A stretch of DNA of 64,000 nt, taken from a virus (Duplodnaviria > Caudoviricetes). Each line of letters begins with the position of its first letter. The first letter of the stretch is position 1. A program made the translations under genes and the position numbers. The notes beneath the pieces are model-generated. The model saw nothing but the letters and a program-made list of their open reading frames with translations. It ran no database searches and was not told where the DNA came from. The stretch lies in the IMG/VR virus record IMGVR_UViG_2660238657_000001, positions 64,001-128,000 of that record; one strand, written 5' to 3'. Below are positions 49,833 to 59,570 of the stretch, one piece after another.

Positions 49833-50165
49833 TTACTTAACTATTCCCCTATCGATCAAAAATTTAATGCTTTCGTTGAATTTCCCTATACCGTCCATTA
49901 TTTTTCCTGTTCCATTATCTACTTTTTCAAAGAAATTAGCAGTCCCTTTTACTATTTTTACTATTGCAGGTGGATTTTTCCTCCAATAAGCAACCAATTT
50001 AATAACATCTATTCCGCAAACGCTTATTCCAGATAATTTAATAATCTCACCATAATCTTTTTTACCAAATGCCTGTAATCCCTTATTCCATACAATTGTT
50101 AGTGTTGCAGTTTTAACAATATCCGAAAATATATCTCCTACCATAGCTACTCCTTTATAAAGCAC
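49833..50165 (-). CDS. SpoIIIAC/AD-like small membrane protein
   Basis: IVKTATLTIV...LQAFGKKDYGEIIKLSG pattern. Confidence 0.45.
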   Translation of the reverse strand: MLYKGVAMVGDIFSDIVKTATLTIVWNKGLQAFGKKDYGEIIKLSGISVCGIDVIKLVAYWRKNPPAIVKIVKGTANFFEKVDNGTGKIMDGIGKFNESIKFLIDRGIVK

Positions 50166-50343
50166 TACAAGCTTTGATTAATTTAGTAACTAATAATACA
50201 GCTTGACACCCAACTAAGCTTAAACCACCAATGTTGACCATTTGAGATTCATTTTGTTTATTGAAAGCTATTAGCACCTTTTCTGTTATAGCTGATACTA
50301 TAGCTGTACTTCCCATTGCTATTATTATTGCTGTATTAGACAT
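50155..50343 (-). CDS. SpoIIIAC-like two-TM protein
   Basis: AIVSAITEKVLIAFNKQNESQMVNIGG resembles SpoIIIAC hairpin. Confidence 0.5.
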   Translation of the reverse strand: MSNTAIIIAMGSTAIVSAITEKVLIAFNKQNESQMVNIGGLSLVGCQAVLLVTKLIKACSAL

Positions 50344-50475
50344 ATTAATCTCTCCCTTTATATAAATTTTACATAAATAATCATTATCTTTAATATTGAA
50401 AACTGAATATTAGAATTTGTTCCTATATGTTCTACGTAGATTAAATTATTTGATATTAAAGGAAGGAGAATAAAC

Positions 50476-50832
50476 TCAATCCTTTAATATTTTTGAATTT
50501 TGTTGTTTGATATATGATCTAAGGTCTACTATGTTACTAGTTCCATTTGCTACTTTTTCATTGTACGTACAAATTTCCTGTTGATATTGCTTAGTATTTA
50601 CATTTGTCTTGATAGTTGACTTATAGTTATTTGCTTTGTATATAAGTTTATTTATAAATTTTAATTGTCTAATAGTTAATTTAATGCTTAATCTTAATGT
50701 ATTTTGAACGATTCTTATAATATTTTTCATTAAACGTAAACCTAATCTGGTACTTCCAGTCAATAATAAACTTAAAACTTGTATAATCACAAGAAACTGA
50801 AAGAAAGATTTAATTATAGTTAACATTTGCAA
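50476..50832 (-). CDS. Membrane-anchored basic protein
   Basis: AAGGAG RBS, N-terminal TM. Confidence 0.6.
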   Translation of the reverse strand: MQMLTIIKSFFQFLVIIQVLSLLLTGSTRLGLRLMKNIIRIVQNTLRLSIKLTIRQLKFINKLIYKANNYKSTIKTNVNTKQYQQEICTYNEKVANGTSNIVDLRSYIKQQNSKILKD

Positions 50833-51460
50833 AGCACTCCTTTAAACTTTTGTATTTGTAATAATATAACTTTTGTTGTTGTAAGAAATAAATAGAAGAT
50901 ATTATTTGTTTAAGCTAAAACTTAAATAATTGATAAATGATTTATCAAATTATTAGTTGTATTTATGTTGTATATTTAACTAAACATATCTAAGTTTTCA
51001 TATATTAAGTTATCAAGTTAAACATAATATACTAAGATGAGTCTTTGGATAGACAAGTATCTTAAAATATACTATATCTAACTAACAACTCAATATATAA
51101 AAATTAGATAGAATAGTTAAACATAAAGCTAAATAAACAAATAATTAATAACTATTTATAATTTTTAACTTTTGTTATATGTAAAATTGCTCCTAATACA
51201 TTGTATGAATTAATGTAAAGCGATGTTACTGTTATTTTAAGTGAATTTATGAAGTTATTTCTTGGACAAGCATGGGTTTTTACGGAGGGAGTTTCAAAAA
51301 TTGTCCCTCCCCTATCAACCCCTCGGGACTCATATTCATTCGTCCTTTTCAATCGAAAAACAAGAATGGCTTGAATAGTGGCTTTAGAGTGTGTTAATTC
51401 ATATTACTGTAGTTCTATGCTATAGCATATGTTATGGTATATGATATTGTTACAGTTTAA

Positions 51461-52108
51461 TTATAAAAATATCTTAGGGAAATCGTTTAAATCAAGGTCT
51501 ATTTTTTTATAATTAATATCATTATTAAATTCAAAATCTTTTTTATGAACTACACTATCTATAATTATCAACTCAGGAAATTCACCTTCACATATATTTT
51601 GTATTTCATTAGTTGGATACAACATATCATATTTTTTGAAATTATCATCATTATGATTAACAACAACTTCAATAAGGTTGTAATATATTTTTTCATTAAA
51701 TTTAAATATACAAAATCCATCGGATCTTACTGTACCATTCATCCAATATTGATTAGGTCTAAAATAAATAATATCTGCACCACTATAGATTAATTCAGCT
51801 TGATAATCCAATATCGTTACATCATGTAAGCTAGGTCTAAGATTCTTATTTTTTTTAGTATCAAATATATAAATGTTTCGATTATTAAATTTTTTAGTTT
51901 TATAAACTCTTAGATACTCAGCTTCAACCATTCTATTTAAACGTCTTCTAGCAATAGCCTCACCTTGACTAGAAGATTTATAAAATATCTTTGATATTTG
52001 TTTTGCTGTACAAAATCTACTTTGTTCTATATATCTTAAAATCGCTTTATCGTATTTCCCTGTCAATCTAACTAACATTTTAATTATCTCCCTTCTTATC
52101 GTTTTCAT
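51461..52108 (-). CDS. Replication-relaxation (Replic_Relax) family protein
   Basis: N-terminal wHTH (QISKIFY...ARRRLNRMV), H.V.I, VRSDG, IEV; overlaps FtsK gene. Confidence 0.75.
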   Translation of the reverse strand: MKTIRREIIKMLVRLTGKYDKAILRYIEQSRFCTAKQISKIFYKSSSQGEAIARRRLNRMVEAEYLRVYKTKKFNNRNIYIFDTKKNKNLRPSLHDVTILDYQAELIYSGADIIYFRPNQYWMNGTVRSDGFCIFKFNEKIYYNLIEVVVNHNDDNFKKYDMLYPTNEIQNICEGEFPELIIIDSVVHKKDFEFNNDINYKKIDLDLNDFPKIFL

Positions 52109-53990
52109 TTTTATGATTTTTCTTATACTTTTCAGATTGCTTAAATACTATATCTGTTTCATCTATTATATTTACATCTGGCTTAGGTGGCTCATACGGA
52201 ACAAAATTGGGTATTCTCTTTATATTTTCTTTTATAATGTCCTCTTTATTTTTAGACTTAACTGTATTAACTTTATTGAAATTGGAATCTATATTAGGAT
52301 TCTGAGTAGGTTTGTTGCCTGTAGATTTAATATTAGGCTGAGTAATATTTGTATCATCTTTCTTGTCTTTAGAAATTGGTTTAGGCGTAGGTGTTATAGG
52401 AGTAATATCTATATTATTTTGACTATCGCCTTGATTATATTGATTAGGGAATTCAATGATTTTGCCTTTAGATTTTGATATATCTTCTGATTTTTTACTA
52501 TGTTTATTAATTTTATCCATTTGAATTTTAATTTGATTTATCTTTTCTTTGAATTGGACTTCTCTATCTTTAGATTTAGAATGCCTATCATTTTTAGCTA
52601 CTTTACAATCACTAACATGATGAACATTAGAACTCTCTTTTTTATTAGTCATACTCGGCTTTATATAGTTTAATATTCTACTTGATCCATTCTTATTTCT
52701 TAGATTAGTTGTATATAGATATCCTTCACCACTATTGGATATATAATAAGCTTTTCTAGGTTGTAAGGTGGTTACTAGTTTGCCTCTGTCTTCACCTAAA
52801 ACAATTCTCCCACATACTTCATCTTTAAATCCAAAACATATTCTAGTATTAGATTGATTTTTTAAGAAAGTAGGCATCAAGGATTTTTCAGGTTTTTGAT
52901 GAAGTATTATATAATTAACACCTAATGCACCTCCGTATTCAGCTATACTTTGTAAGATAGATATGATATGTGCTTTTACCTTAGAAGATTCTTTATCTCC
53001 TTCAGAATTGGCTATATCCATAAATTCATCTATTATTATATAAATATACGGTAATTTTTTATCAGGATTAAGTTTATTATAATCATATAGGTTGTCACCC
53101 TTGAAGTTATTTAACATAGATGACATTAGATCCATTCTTGCGCTCATTTCGGTCTTTAGTTCATTTAAAACTTCTAATAATTTATCTAAATCACTCATAG
53201 AAAAGCATTTTACTTGTTTACACTTTTGGTACTTACCTAAATCTCCTTTTGCAAATTGAAATAAATACAAATGTATATCATCTTCGCTACAATAGTAAAT
53301 CCAAGAAGGTATAGCATGATCGATACATCCGTTTTTACCCATTCTGGTAGCCCCTGCAATAAGCACCATAGGCTCTATATTCATATCAAATATTACAGGA
53401 TGTCCTCCCTCATCAACTCCTGCACAAACTTGATAAGGTTCAACCTCTACAGGTTCAAAAGGTATCTTATTGCAATTTTCTATTAGTATAAACTTAGCGT
53501 TAGCATATCTTTTATTACTAAATTTTTCTAATACAAAAGTACAGCCAACATTGTTTTGTATCACGGTCGTCTTATTATCTAAATCGTCTATGCAATATCC
53601 ATCTGGAATAAGTATTCTACAACTAAATCCATAATTCTCGTGTTTTAAATTAACTAGTGTAAATGTCTTTTTAAATGCATTGATAAACTTGCAATTAAAC
53701 ATTACATCTAGCCATCTTTCATTGAGATATTGTATTTCTTTATTTTTTCTATATTCTTCTTTTAACTTTGATTTGATATCTGATAATTTATCCTTAATAG
53801 ATAATTTATTGATAGTATTATTTTCAACTATTTCATATTTGGGTTGCTTTAGTAGAGATTTGCCTATTTCCTTTCTATCTCTTACAACTATCTGAGACTT
53901 GCCTATATCAATCATTTTATTTTTATCCTGTTGAGTAAGTTTTTTATTTTTTATATGCATGAATACGAATTTCATATCATCACCTATCAA
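52080..53990 (-). CDS. FtsK/SpoIIIE-family DNA translocase-like ATPase
   Basis: VLIAGATRMGKN (Walker A), EMSAR, LPYIYIIIDEF (Walker B), HQKP, RICF. Confidence 0.85.
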   Translation of the reverse strand: MIGDDMKFVFMHIKNKKLTQQDKNKMIDIGKSQIVVRDRKEIGKSLLKQPKYEIVENNTINKLSIKDKLSDIKSKLKEEYRKNKEIQYLNERWLDVMFNCKFINAFKKTFTLVNLKHENYGFSCRILIPDGYCIDDLDNKTTVIQNNVGCTFVLEKFSNKRYANAKFILIENCNKIPFEPVEVEPYQVCAGVDEGGHPVIFDMNIEPMVLIAGATRMGKNGCIDHAIPSWIYYCSEDDIHLYLFQFAKGDLGKYQKCKQVKCFSMSDLDKLLEVLNELKTEMSARMDLMSSMLNNFKGDNLYDYNKLNPDKKLPYIYIIIDEFMDIANSEGDKESSKVKAHIISILQSIAEYGGALGVNYIILHQKPEKSLMPTFLKNQSNTRICFGFKDEVCGRIVLGEDRGKLVTTLQPRKAYYISNSGEGYLYTTNLRNKNGSSRILNYIKPSMTNKKESSNVHHVSDCKVAKNDRHSKSKDREVQFKEKINQIKIQMDKINKHSKKSEDISKSKGKIIEFPNQYNQGDSQNNIDITPITPTPKPISKDKKDDTNITQPNIKSTGNKPTQNPNIDSNFNKVNTVKSKNKEDIIKENIKRIPNFVPYEPPKPDVNIIDETDIVFKQSEKYKKNHKNENDKKGDN

Positions 53991-54172
53991 AATAAATTTT
54001 TATCTTCAAGACTTTTGCTTATATTTTTGTCTAATCTCTTAGCCTTTTTGATCCTAGATGTTAAATCGGCATATTTAAAGTTGTTTTTGTTACCAATTTT
54101 AGTTAATGATATATAACATATCATTCCGATTGACCAACCACCTATTAATAACCCGTAAGGCACGAAAATCAA
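53987..54172 (-). CDS. Small membrane protein
   Basis: AAGGAG RBS; N-terminal TM; overlaps FtsK start. Confidence 0.55.
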   Translation of the reverse strand: MIFVPYGLLIGGWSIGMICYISLTKIGNKNNFKYADLTSRIKKAKRLDKNISKSLEDKNLF

Positions 54173-54322
54173 CTCCTTAATGTTTATTTTCTATATCTTA
54201 TACTATATGCTATGACATATGCTTTAAAAGTGTGACACGGTTATTATGAATAATAAAATTTCTTTTGCAAAAGATATATCTAAAAATATATTAGGCTAAA
54301 TCATATTAAAGGACGTGATGAT

Positions 54323-54955
54323 TTGAGATCTATTAAAAGATTTATTAATAACTTGAGATTACTATGTTGTGGGATACTTTTAATAATGTTGTATAATCAT
54401 ATAGAAAAAATACAACAATTAATAATTAATCTATTTAAGCTAGGCATAAATTTGGTCATAATAGTGGGAGGCTTTTATATTTTATTGAAATTTACTAAGT
54501 GGATTTATTATGCTTACAGGTGGAGATATACAGACTATACATGTTTTGATATCTCAAGGAAGATAAAGGGTATGTCACCTAGAGAATTTGAAGTATTTGT
54601 AGCAAACCTCTTTACACAATTAGGATATAATGCTAAAGCAACTGTAGAAACATGCGATGGTGGTAAAGATGTTATAGCTACAAATAATAAAGAAAAAATA
54701 TATATAGAATGTAAGCATTGGAATATGAATAATTTGATAGGAAGAGAAATATTACAAAAGTTAGTTGGAAGTGCAATTGGAGACGATGCTACAAGAGCAA
54801 TAGTTATAACCACTAGTAAATATAATAAAAACGCTTTAGAATATGCTGAAAAAGTACCTTGGTTAGAGCTATGGACTATGAAAGATATTATAAAAGCACT
54901 AAATAAAATAGAAGATAATAAAAAGGGATACGTAGTGAACTGCTTAGAAGGGTAA
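54323..54955 (+). CDS. Membrane-anchored Mrr-cat restriction endonuclease-like protein
   Basis: MSPREFEVFVANLF..LGY, DGGKDV, IECKHW, ITTS, A.EYA; two N-terminal TMs. Confidence 0.85.
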   Translation: MRSIKRFINNLRLLCCGILLIMLYNHIEKIQQLIINLFKLGINLVIIVGGFYILLKFTKWIYYAYRWRYTDYTCFDISRKIKGMSPREFEVFVANLFTQLGYNAKATVETCDGGKDVIATNNKEKIYIECKHWNMNNLIGREILQKLVGSAIGDDATRAIVITTSKYNKNALEYAEKVPWLELWTMKDIIKALNKIEDNKKGYVVNCLEG

Positions 54956-55059
54956 GATGCCCTTCTTTATTTTTTACATAAATTAGAGAATAGCTTAATC
55001 TAATACTTTGAATTACAATATATGCTAATTCGTGATATAATATTATTAGATTGATTACA

Positions 55060-55410
55060 AAAATAACTATGACATGAGGTTGAATATAAAAAGAATACAA
55101 TATGACTAACATTTGAACATAATATGACTGTAGTATAAACATAGTTTAAATATAATTTAAATATTATTAGACTAATATAAGACTATAGTCAGACTATCAT
55201 ATAGATATAATTAGAAAATATTTTGAATAATATATGAAAAAAAGTACACATTTTCTAAGTAATATAGTATAATATAGTAAAGAAAGAAATAAACATGATA
55301 TGAATATATTTTAACTATAGTTTGACATAGGTTTGACTATAGTATGAATTAATAAAGAATGTATTATGAATATTTTTTTACATTACTGCGACTACTATTA
55401 GAATAAAAAA
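55060..55410 (+). repeat. tubS: tubS/tubC centromere: two in-phase arrays of degenerate 11-bp repeats
   Basis: (T/A)GA(C/A)TA-like cores every 11 bp, 55071-55236 and 55291-55401, directly upstream of tubR. Confidence 0.85.
55245..55273 (+). promoter_or_regulatory. tubRZ promoter in the gap between centromere arrays
   Basis: TACACA-17-TATAAT. Confidence 0.55.
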
Positions 55411-55452
55411 AGTCAGACTAAGATTGTAGTTAGAACAAGAGGTGATTGAAGA

Positions 55453-55698
55453 ATGGCAGTAAATAAAAATGAATATAAAATATTAATAATGCTTAAAGAA
55501 AATCAATGCACTACAGAATTAAAATCATTTACTTATACTAAACTCTGTAAGATTTCTGAATTATCTATGTCAACAGTACGACGAAGTATTAAAAAATTCT
55601 TAGAGTTGCAATACGTAAAAGAAGGCTGTAAACAAGGGATAAGTAAGACTTTTTATATTACACCAAACGGAATAGAAAAGTTAAAATCAATAATGTAA
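55453..55698 (+). CDS. tubR: Centromere-binding wHTH protein TubR
   Basis: 81-aa wHTH immediately upstream of tubZ. Confidence 0.9.
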   Translation: MAVNKNEYKILIMLKENQCTTELKSFTYTKLCKISELSMSTVRRSIKKFLELQYVKEGCKQGISKTFYITPNGIEKLKSIM

Positions 55699-55715
55699 AA
55701 TAGGGGGAGTTATAA

Positions 55716-56786
55716 ATGAAAAATAGAATAGTTTTTGCACCAATAGGACAAGGTGGAGGAAACATAGTAGATACTTTATTAGGTGTATGTGGAGATTATA
55801 ATGCACTATTTATAAATACTAGTAAGAAAGATTTAGATTCATTGAAAAATGCAAAACATACTTATCATATACCTTTTGCAGAAGGTTGTGGGAAAGAAAG
55901 AAAAAAAGCCATTGGATATGCTCAAACTTATTATAAACAGATAATAGCTCAAATAATGGAGAAATTTTCTTCATGTGATATAGTTATATTTGTAGCAACA
56001 ATGGCAGGAGGAACTGGATCAGGTATAACACCTCCAATTTTAGGACTAGCAAAGCAAATGTATCCAAACAAACATTTCGGATTTGTAGGAGTTTTACCTA
56101 AAGATACGGAAGATATAGATGAACATACAAACGCTATATCTTGTTGGAACGATATCATGAAAAGTACTAATGATGGTAAAGATATATCAATATATTTACT
56201 AGATAATAACAAAAGAGAAAAAGAATCTGATATAAATAAGGAATTTGCTATGTTATTCAATGACTTTATGAATATGAGTGAGTCTCATGCTGAAGGTGTT
56301 GTTGACGAAGATGAAATAGGCAAATTATTAACAATGAAAAAGAGTAATGTAATATTAGAATTTGATGATAAAGAAGATATAAAAGTGGCGTTAGCTAAGA
56401 GTTTAAAAGAAAGTATATTTGCAGAATATACAACAAATACTTGTGAATTCATGGGAATATCTACTACAAGAGTCGTTGATGTTGAAGCAATTAAGAACAT
56501 AGTTGGATTACCAAGAAGAACATTTAAAGGATACAATAGTAAGAAAAATATAGTTGTGGCAACTGGTATAGAACCTCAAAAAACATCAATAGAAACGCTA
56601 AATTTAATTATAGAAGATAAAATGAAACAAAGAGAGGGTCAAACTTCAAATGAGGATATGGTTGTGAAGCCAGTAACTACAGAGCAAGAAGCTAGTCAGC
56701 CAATAGCCTCTCAAAATAAAGAAATAAGTATAGATAATGTTGAAAAAGAAATAGACATAAATGATTTCTTTAGTAAATATATGTAA
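55716..56786 (+). CDS. tubZ: Tubulin/FtsZ-family partition GTPase TubZ
   Basis: GQGGGNI, AGGTGSG tubulin signature; sequence closely recalls phage c-st TubZ including C-terminal DINDFFSKYM. Confidence 0.97.
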   Translation: MKNRIVFAPIGQGGGNIVDTLLGVCGDYNALFINTSKKDLDSLKNAKHTYHIPFAEGCGKERKKAIGYAQTYYKQIIAQIMEKFSSCDIVIFVATMAGGTGSGITPPILGLAKQMYPNKHFGFVGVLPKDTEDIDEHTNAISCWNDIMKSTNDGKDISIYLLDNNKREKESDINKEFAMLFNDFMNMSESHAEGVVDEDEIGKLLTMKKSNVILEFDDKEDIKVALAKSLKESIFAEYTTNTCEFMGISTTRVVDVEAIKNIVGLPRRTFKGYNSKKNIVVATGIEPQKTSIETLNLIIEDKMKQREGQTSNEDMVVKPVTTEQEASQPIASQNKEISIDNVEKEIDINDFFSKYM

Positions 56787-56790
56787 TACA

Positions 56791-56823
56791 AAAATAAGAG
56801 AGGACTAATCCTCTTTTATTTTT
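56791..56823 (+). terminator. Terminator after tubZ
   Basis: AAGAGAGGA CTAA TCCTCTTT followed by T-run. Confidence 0.6.
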
Positions 56824-57004
56824 TACTTTAATAGTACTTTAATCTCAATTTAAGTACTATTAAAGTAAATGTATGCATTGAAAATACTAGTGTGTATGAA
56901 TTTATATATATCTAACGCAGTTGAAAAAGCACGCCCATTAAAGCTTGTATTAAAGTTGTTTTGATTTACAATATAAGGTATAATTTGATTGAGGTGATAC
57001 TATT

Positions 57005-57736
57005 ATGAAGGAAGAAAATCTTAAATATGTAGATGTTGATTATTCTAATATTGATGAAGAACTTACTTATAAAACTCCTGAAGTTGCTGAAATCTTAAAT
57101 GAGAACGAAAGTACAATTAGATATTGGTGTGATTGTTTTAGTGATTATATTCATATAGAACGTGAAGGACGCAATAGAAAATTTACCAAAGAAAATATAG
57201 ATGATTTAGCATATACAAGAGAGCTACTTAAAAAAGAACGTCTTACAATAAAACAAGCACAAAAAAGATGGGAAGATTTAAAAAGAAATCCCTCATCAAG
57301 TACTAAAGTTGCTTCTATAAGAGAAATACCATCTCAAAATGAAGATATTCTAAATGAACAAGCATTATTAAAACTAGAAGAAATAAAAAAACAATTTTTA
57401 AAAGATATATCTATTCAAATTAACAATACTATTTCAGAACAGCTATCTGTAGCTTTGAACTCTCATAATGAAGCCTTAGAGCGAACTCAATCTGAATTAA
57501 AGGATTATATATCAGCCACAATTGAAGACAAGCTGGAGGCAAATATGGACAATCTAAAGGCACATATAGACGCTACTACAGAAAATACTAATAAGGAAAT
57601 CGAGAAAGTTTATAACAAAGATATAGAGTTAGTAAATAATCTGAAGAAACATATGGAAGATCGTAGAAAGCAAAACGAAGAACAAAACAAAGAGCAGGAC
57701 AAAAAGGGATTCTTCAGAAAATTGTTCAAGAGATAA
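57005..57736 (+). CDS. tubY: MerR-like HTH, coiled coil and amphipathic tail protein TubY
   Basis: EVAEILNENESTIRYW, GRNRKFT, C-terminal KKGFFRKLFKR; downstream of tubZ. Confidence 0.9.
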   Translation: MKEENLKYVDVDYSNIDEELTYKTPEVAEILNENESTIRYWCDCFSDYIHIEREGRNRKFTKENIDDLAYTRELLKKERLTIKQAQKRWEDLKRNPSSSTKVASIREIPSQNEDILNEQALLKLEEIKKQFLKDISIQINNTISEQLSVALNSHNEALERTQSELKDYISATIEDKLEANMDNLKAHIDATTENTNKEIEKVYNKDIELVNNLKKHMEDRRKQNEEQNKEQDKKGFFRKLFKR

Positions 57737-57903
57737 TAAGGGGTAATAGAGTTTATCCCTATGTTTTTAGAACAAATGAAGATTAATTAAAATAAAACAT
57801 AAACATTGTAAATCATAAATTAGTATGATATACTATATGTAAGTTAAGAGAAATTAAGGAATCACAATATATCAAATAATTAAAGGTAAAGGGGAGTTTT
57901 ACA

Positions 57904-58089
57904 ATGAAAACTATAGCAATTAACTCACAACGTATGGCAGGTTGGTTAATGTTCAATAGATTCAATCTAGTAAGAATAGAATCTGATAAAAGAGATAATT
58001 CGAGAAATGTATATTTATTCAAAGATACTCAGGAATTAAGACAATGCATGAATAGATATAATGAGTTTAAAAGTATGATAGATGAGTAA
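57904..58089 (+). CDS. Small DUF5659-like protein
   Basis: INSQRMAGWLM..F.L...D...NVYLFKDT.EL. Confidence 0.7.
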   Translation: MKTIAINSQRMAGWLMFNRFNLVRIESDKRDNSRNVYLFKDTQELRQCMNRYNEFKSMIDE

Positions 58090-58155
58090 AATTTTAAATT
58101 ATATTAAAAAATAATTAAAACAACATTAAAACAGCAATAGGCTAGGAGTGATATA

Positions 58156-58341
58156 ATGTACTATGTGATTAAAACTAAAAGGTTAAAAAATTATCTGTAT
58201 TCACTAGGATTTAATTTCAAGCAGTCTATAGATAAAACAGGTAGACAAAAATATATTTTCTTATTCAAAAACACAAATGAATTAAATATAGCTATCAATT
58301 TTTATCGCAATTTTAAAAATATATATATGAAGATAATTTAA
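58156..58341 (+). CDS. Small DUF5659-like paralog
   Basis: RLKNYLYSLGF...DK...YIFLFKNTNEL. Confidence 0.65.
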   Translation: MYYVIKTKRLKNYLYSLGFNFKQSIDKTGRQKYIFLFKNTNELNIAINFYRNFKNIYMKII

Positions 58342-58344
58342 ATA

Positions 58345-58410
58345 TGCTATTGCAAAAACGCTTACGCTGTTCATCATATTTTGACCAGTCCAAGCGTTTT
58401 TGCAATAGCA
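58345..58410. repeat. Perfect 19-bp inverted repeat with 28-nt loop
   Basis: TGCTATTGCAAAAACGCTT / AAGCGTTTTTGCAATAGCA. Confidence 0.9.
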
Positions 58411-58548
58411 CAAGCGAACAGTCCAAGCAAAAATGCAACAAGATTGAAGTGTATAAAAAGAAAAGTATTATAAAAAGAAAATATAATAAAAACAATTAGA
58501 GTTAGCCGAACAAGTTCGTGCTAACGTCAGCTCAAAATTTCAGGATAG

Positions 58549-59307
58549 GTGGGTAGTAGCATGATAAATAAAGAATATTACATTACATTAAAAAATGAAT
58601 TACATATCTCTAATAATATTACAAATGAAGAATTGGTAATATTGGCTTTAATAAAAAGGAATTATAGTCCAATTAAAGAAGTGTCTATTGCTAGTATTAA
58701 TATATTGATGAATTATATGTATATATTAAATAGGAATAGCAATATGATTAAAATAATTAAATCATCAATAAATGGTCTTATGTTTAAAGGATACATAAAA
58801 CAAATAATGGACTTACACTATAGTCCAATTGAATTTGACACTATTAAAAATTCAGATGTGTTCTACATTGAAATAGAAAATGATTTTGATAATTACTTTT
58901 GCATATATGACTATGATCTTGATAAGATATTCAATTACTTACATAATACAAATATAGATAGGTTTGCTTTTGTTAGGTATTACATAGCTATTCAGAGAGT
59001 AATTAATAATAACGCTAAGTTTGGATGGCTAACTCAAAGTTCTATTAAGAATATTATTAATCATAGCAAAACAATATCTAAATACAATAAGATACTTGCA
59101 GATGAATTAAATCTAATCATATATAACAATAACTATATCACTCAAGATAGACATTATTGTTCCACTTATTTTGGTAAGTATGGAGATGATATTAACTTTA
59201 ATAAACAGTTGCAAATAGAAATAGGTGCTAAAGGGTTAGTATATACTGATAAGATCAATAGCAATATTAAACGAAGCAATAACCAAAAGAAAAATTATTC
59301 AAATTAA
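58549..59307 (+). CDS. Phage protein with probable tandem wHTH domains (possible replication protein)
   Basis: LVILALI...IKSSINGL..KGYI; KTISKYNKIL.DELNLI. Confidence 0.5.
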   Translation: MGSSMINKEYYITLKNELHISNNITNEELVILALIKRNYSPIKEVSIASINILMNYMYILNRNSNMIKIIKSSINGLMFKGYIKQIMDLHYSPIEFDTIKNSDVFYIEIENDFDNYFCIYDYDLDKIFNYLHNTNIDRFAFVRYYIAIQRVINNNAKFGWLTQSSIKNIINHSKTISKYNKILADELNLIIYNNNYITQDRHYCSTYFGKYGDDINFNKQLQIEIGAKGLVYTDKINSNIKRSNNQKKNYSN

Positions 59308-59570
59308 ATAAAAATTAGTTAAAATAATACTTGACATAGTTGGAGAGAGGTGATAATATAATAAATGTAGACAGGAACGAAACGAATGTAACTGAAAAGT
59401 AATAATAAAGACAAATTAAAATAATTTAAAACAAACATAAAGTTTCTTCCAATAGGAACGAGAATAGAAAGGAGGATGATAAAATGACTTAAATCACAAG
59501 AAATTAGAAGTTGTATTGATAATAGTTAATAAAAATTAATTAAAATATATGAGGAAGGGATGATTGACCT

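Noticed and set aside
51152..51352. 66-aa CDS
   Set aside because: No RBS, atypical composition; better read as a cis-acting site
54323..54955. Cognate restriction-modification pair with one of the MTases
   Set aside because: Membrane-anchored Mrr-like gene about 29 kb from the nearest MTase; no linkage evidence
55060..55410. CRISPR array
   Set aside because: Contiguous degenerate 11-mers without spacers; no cas genes; position fits tubS
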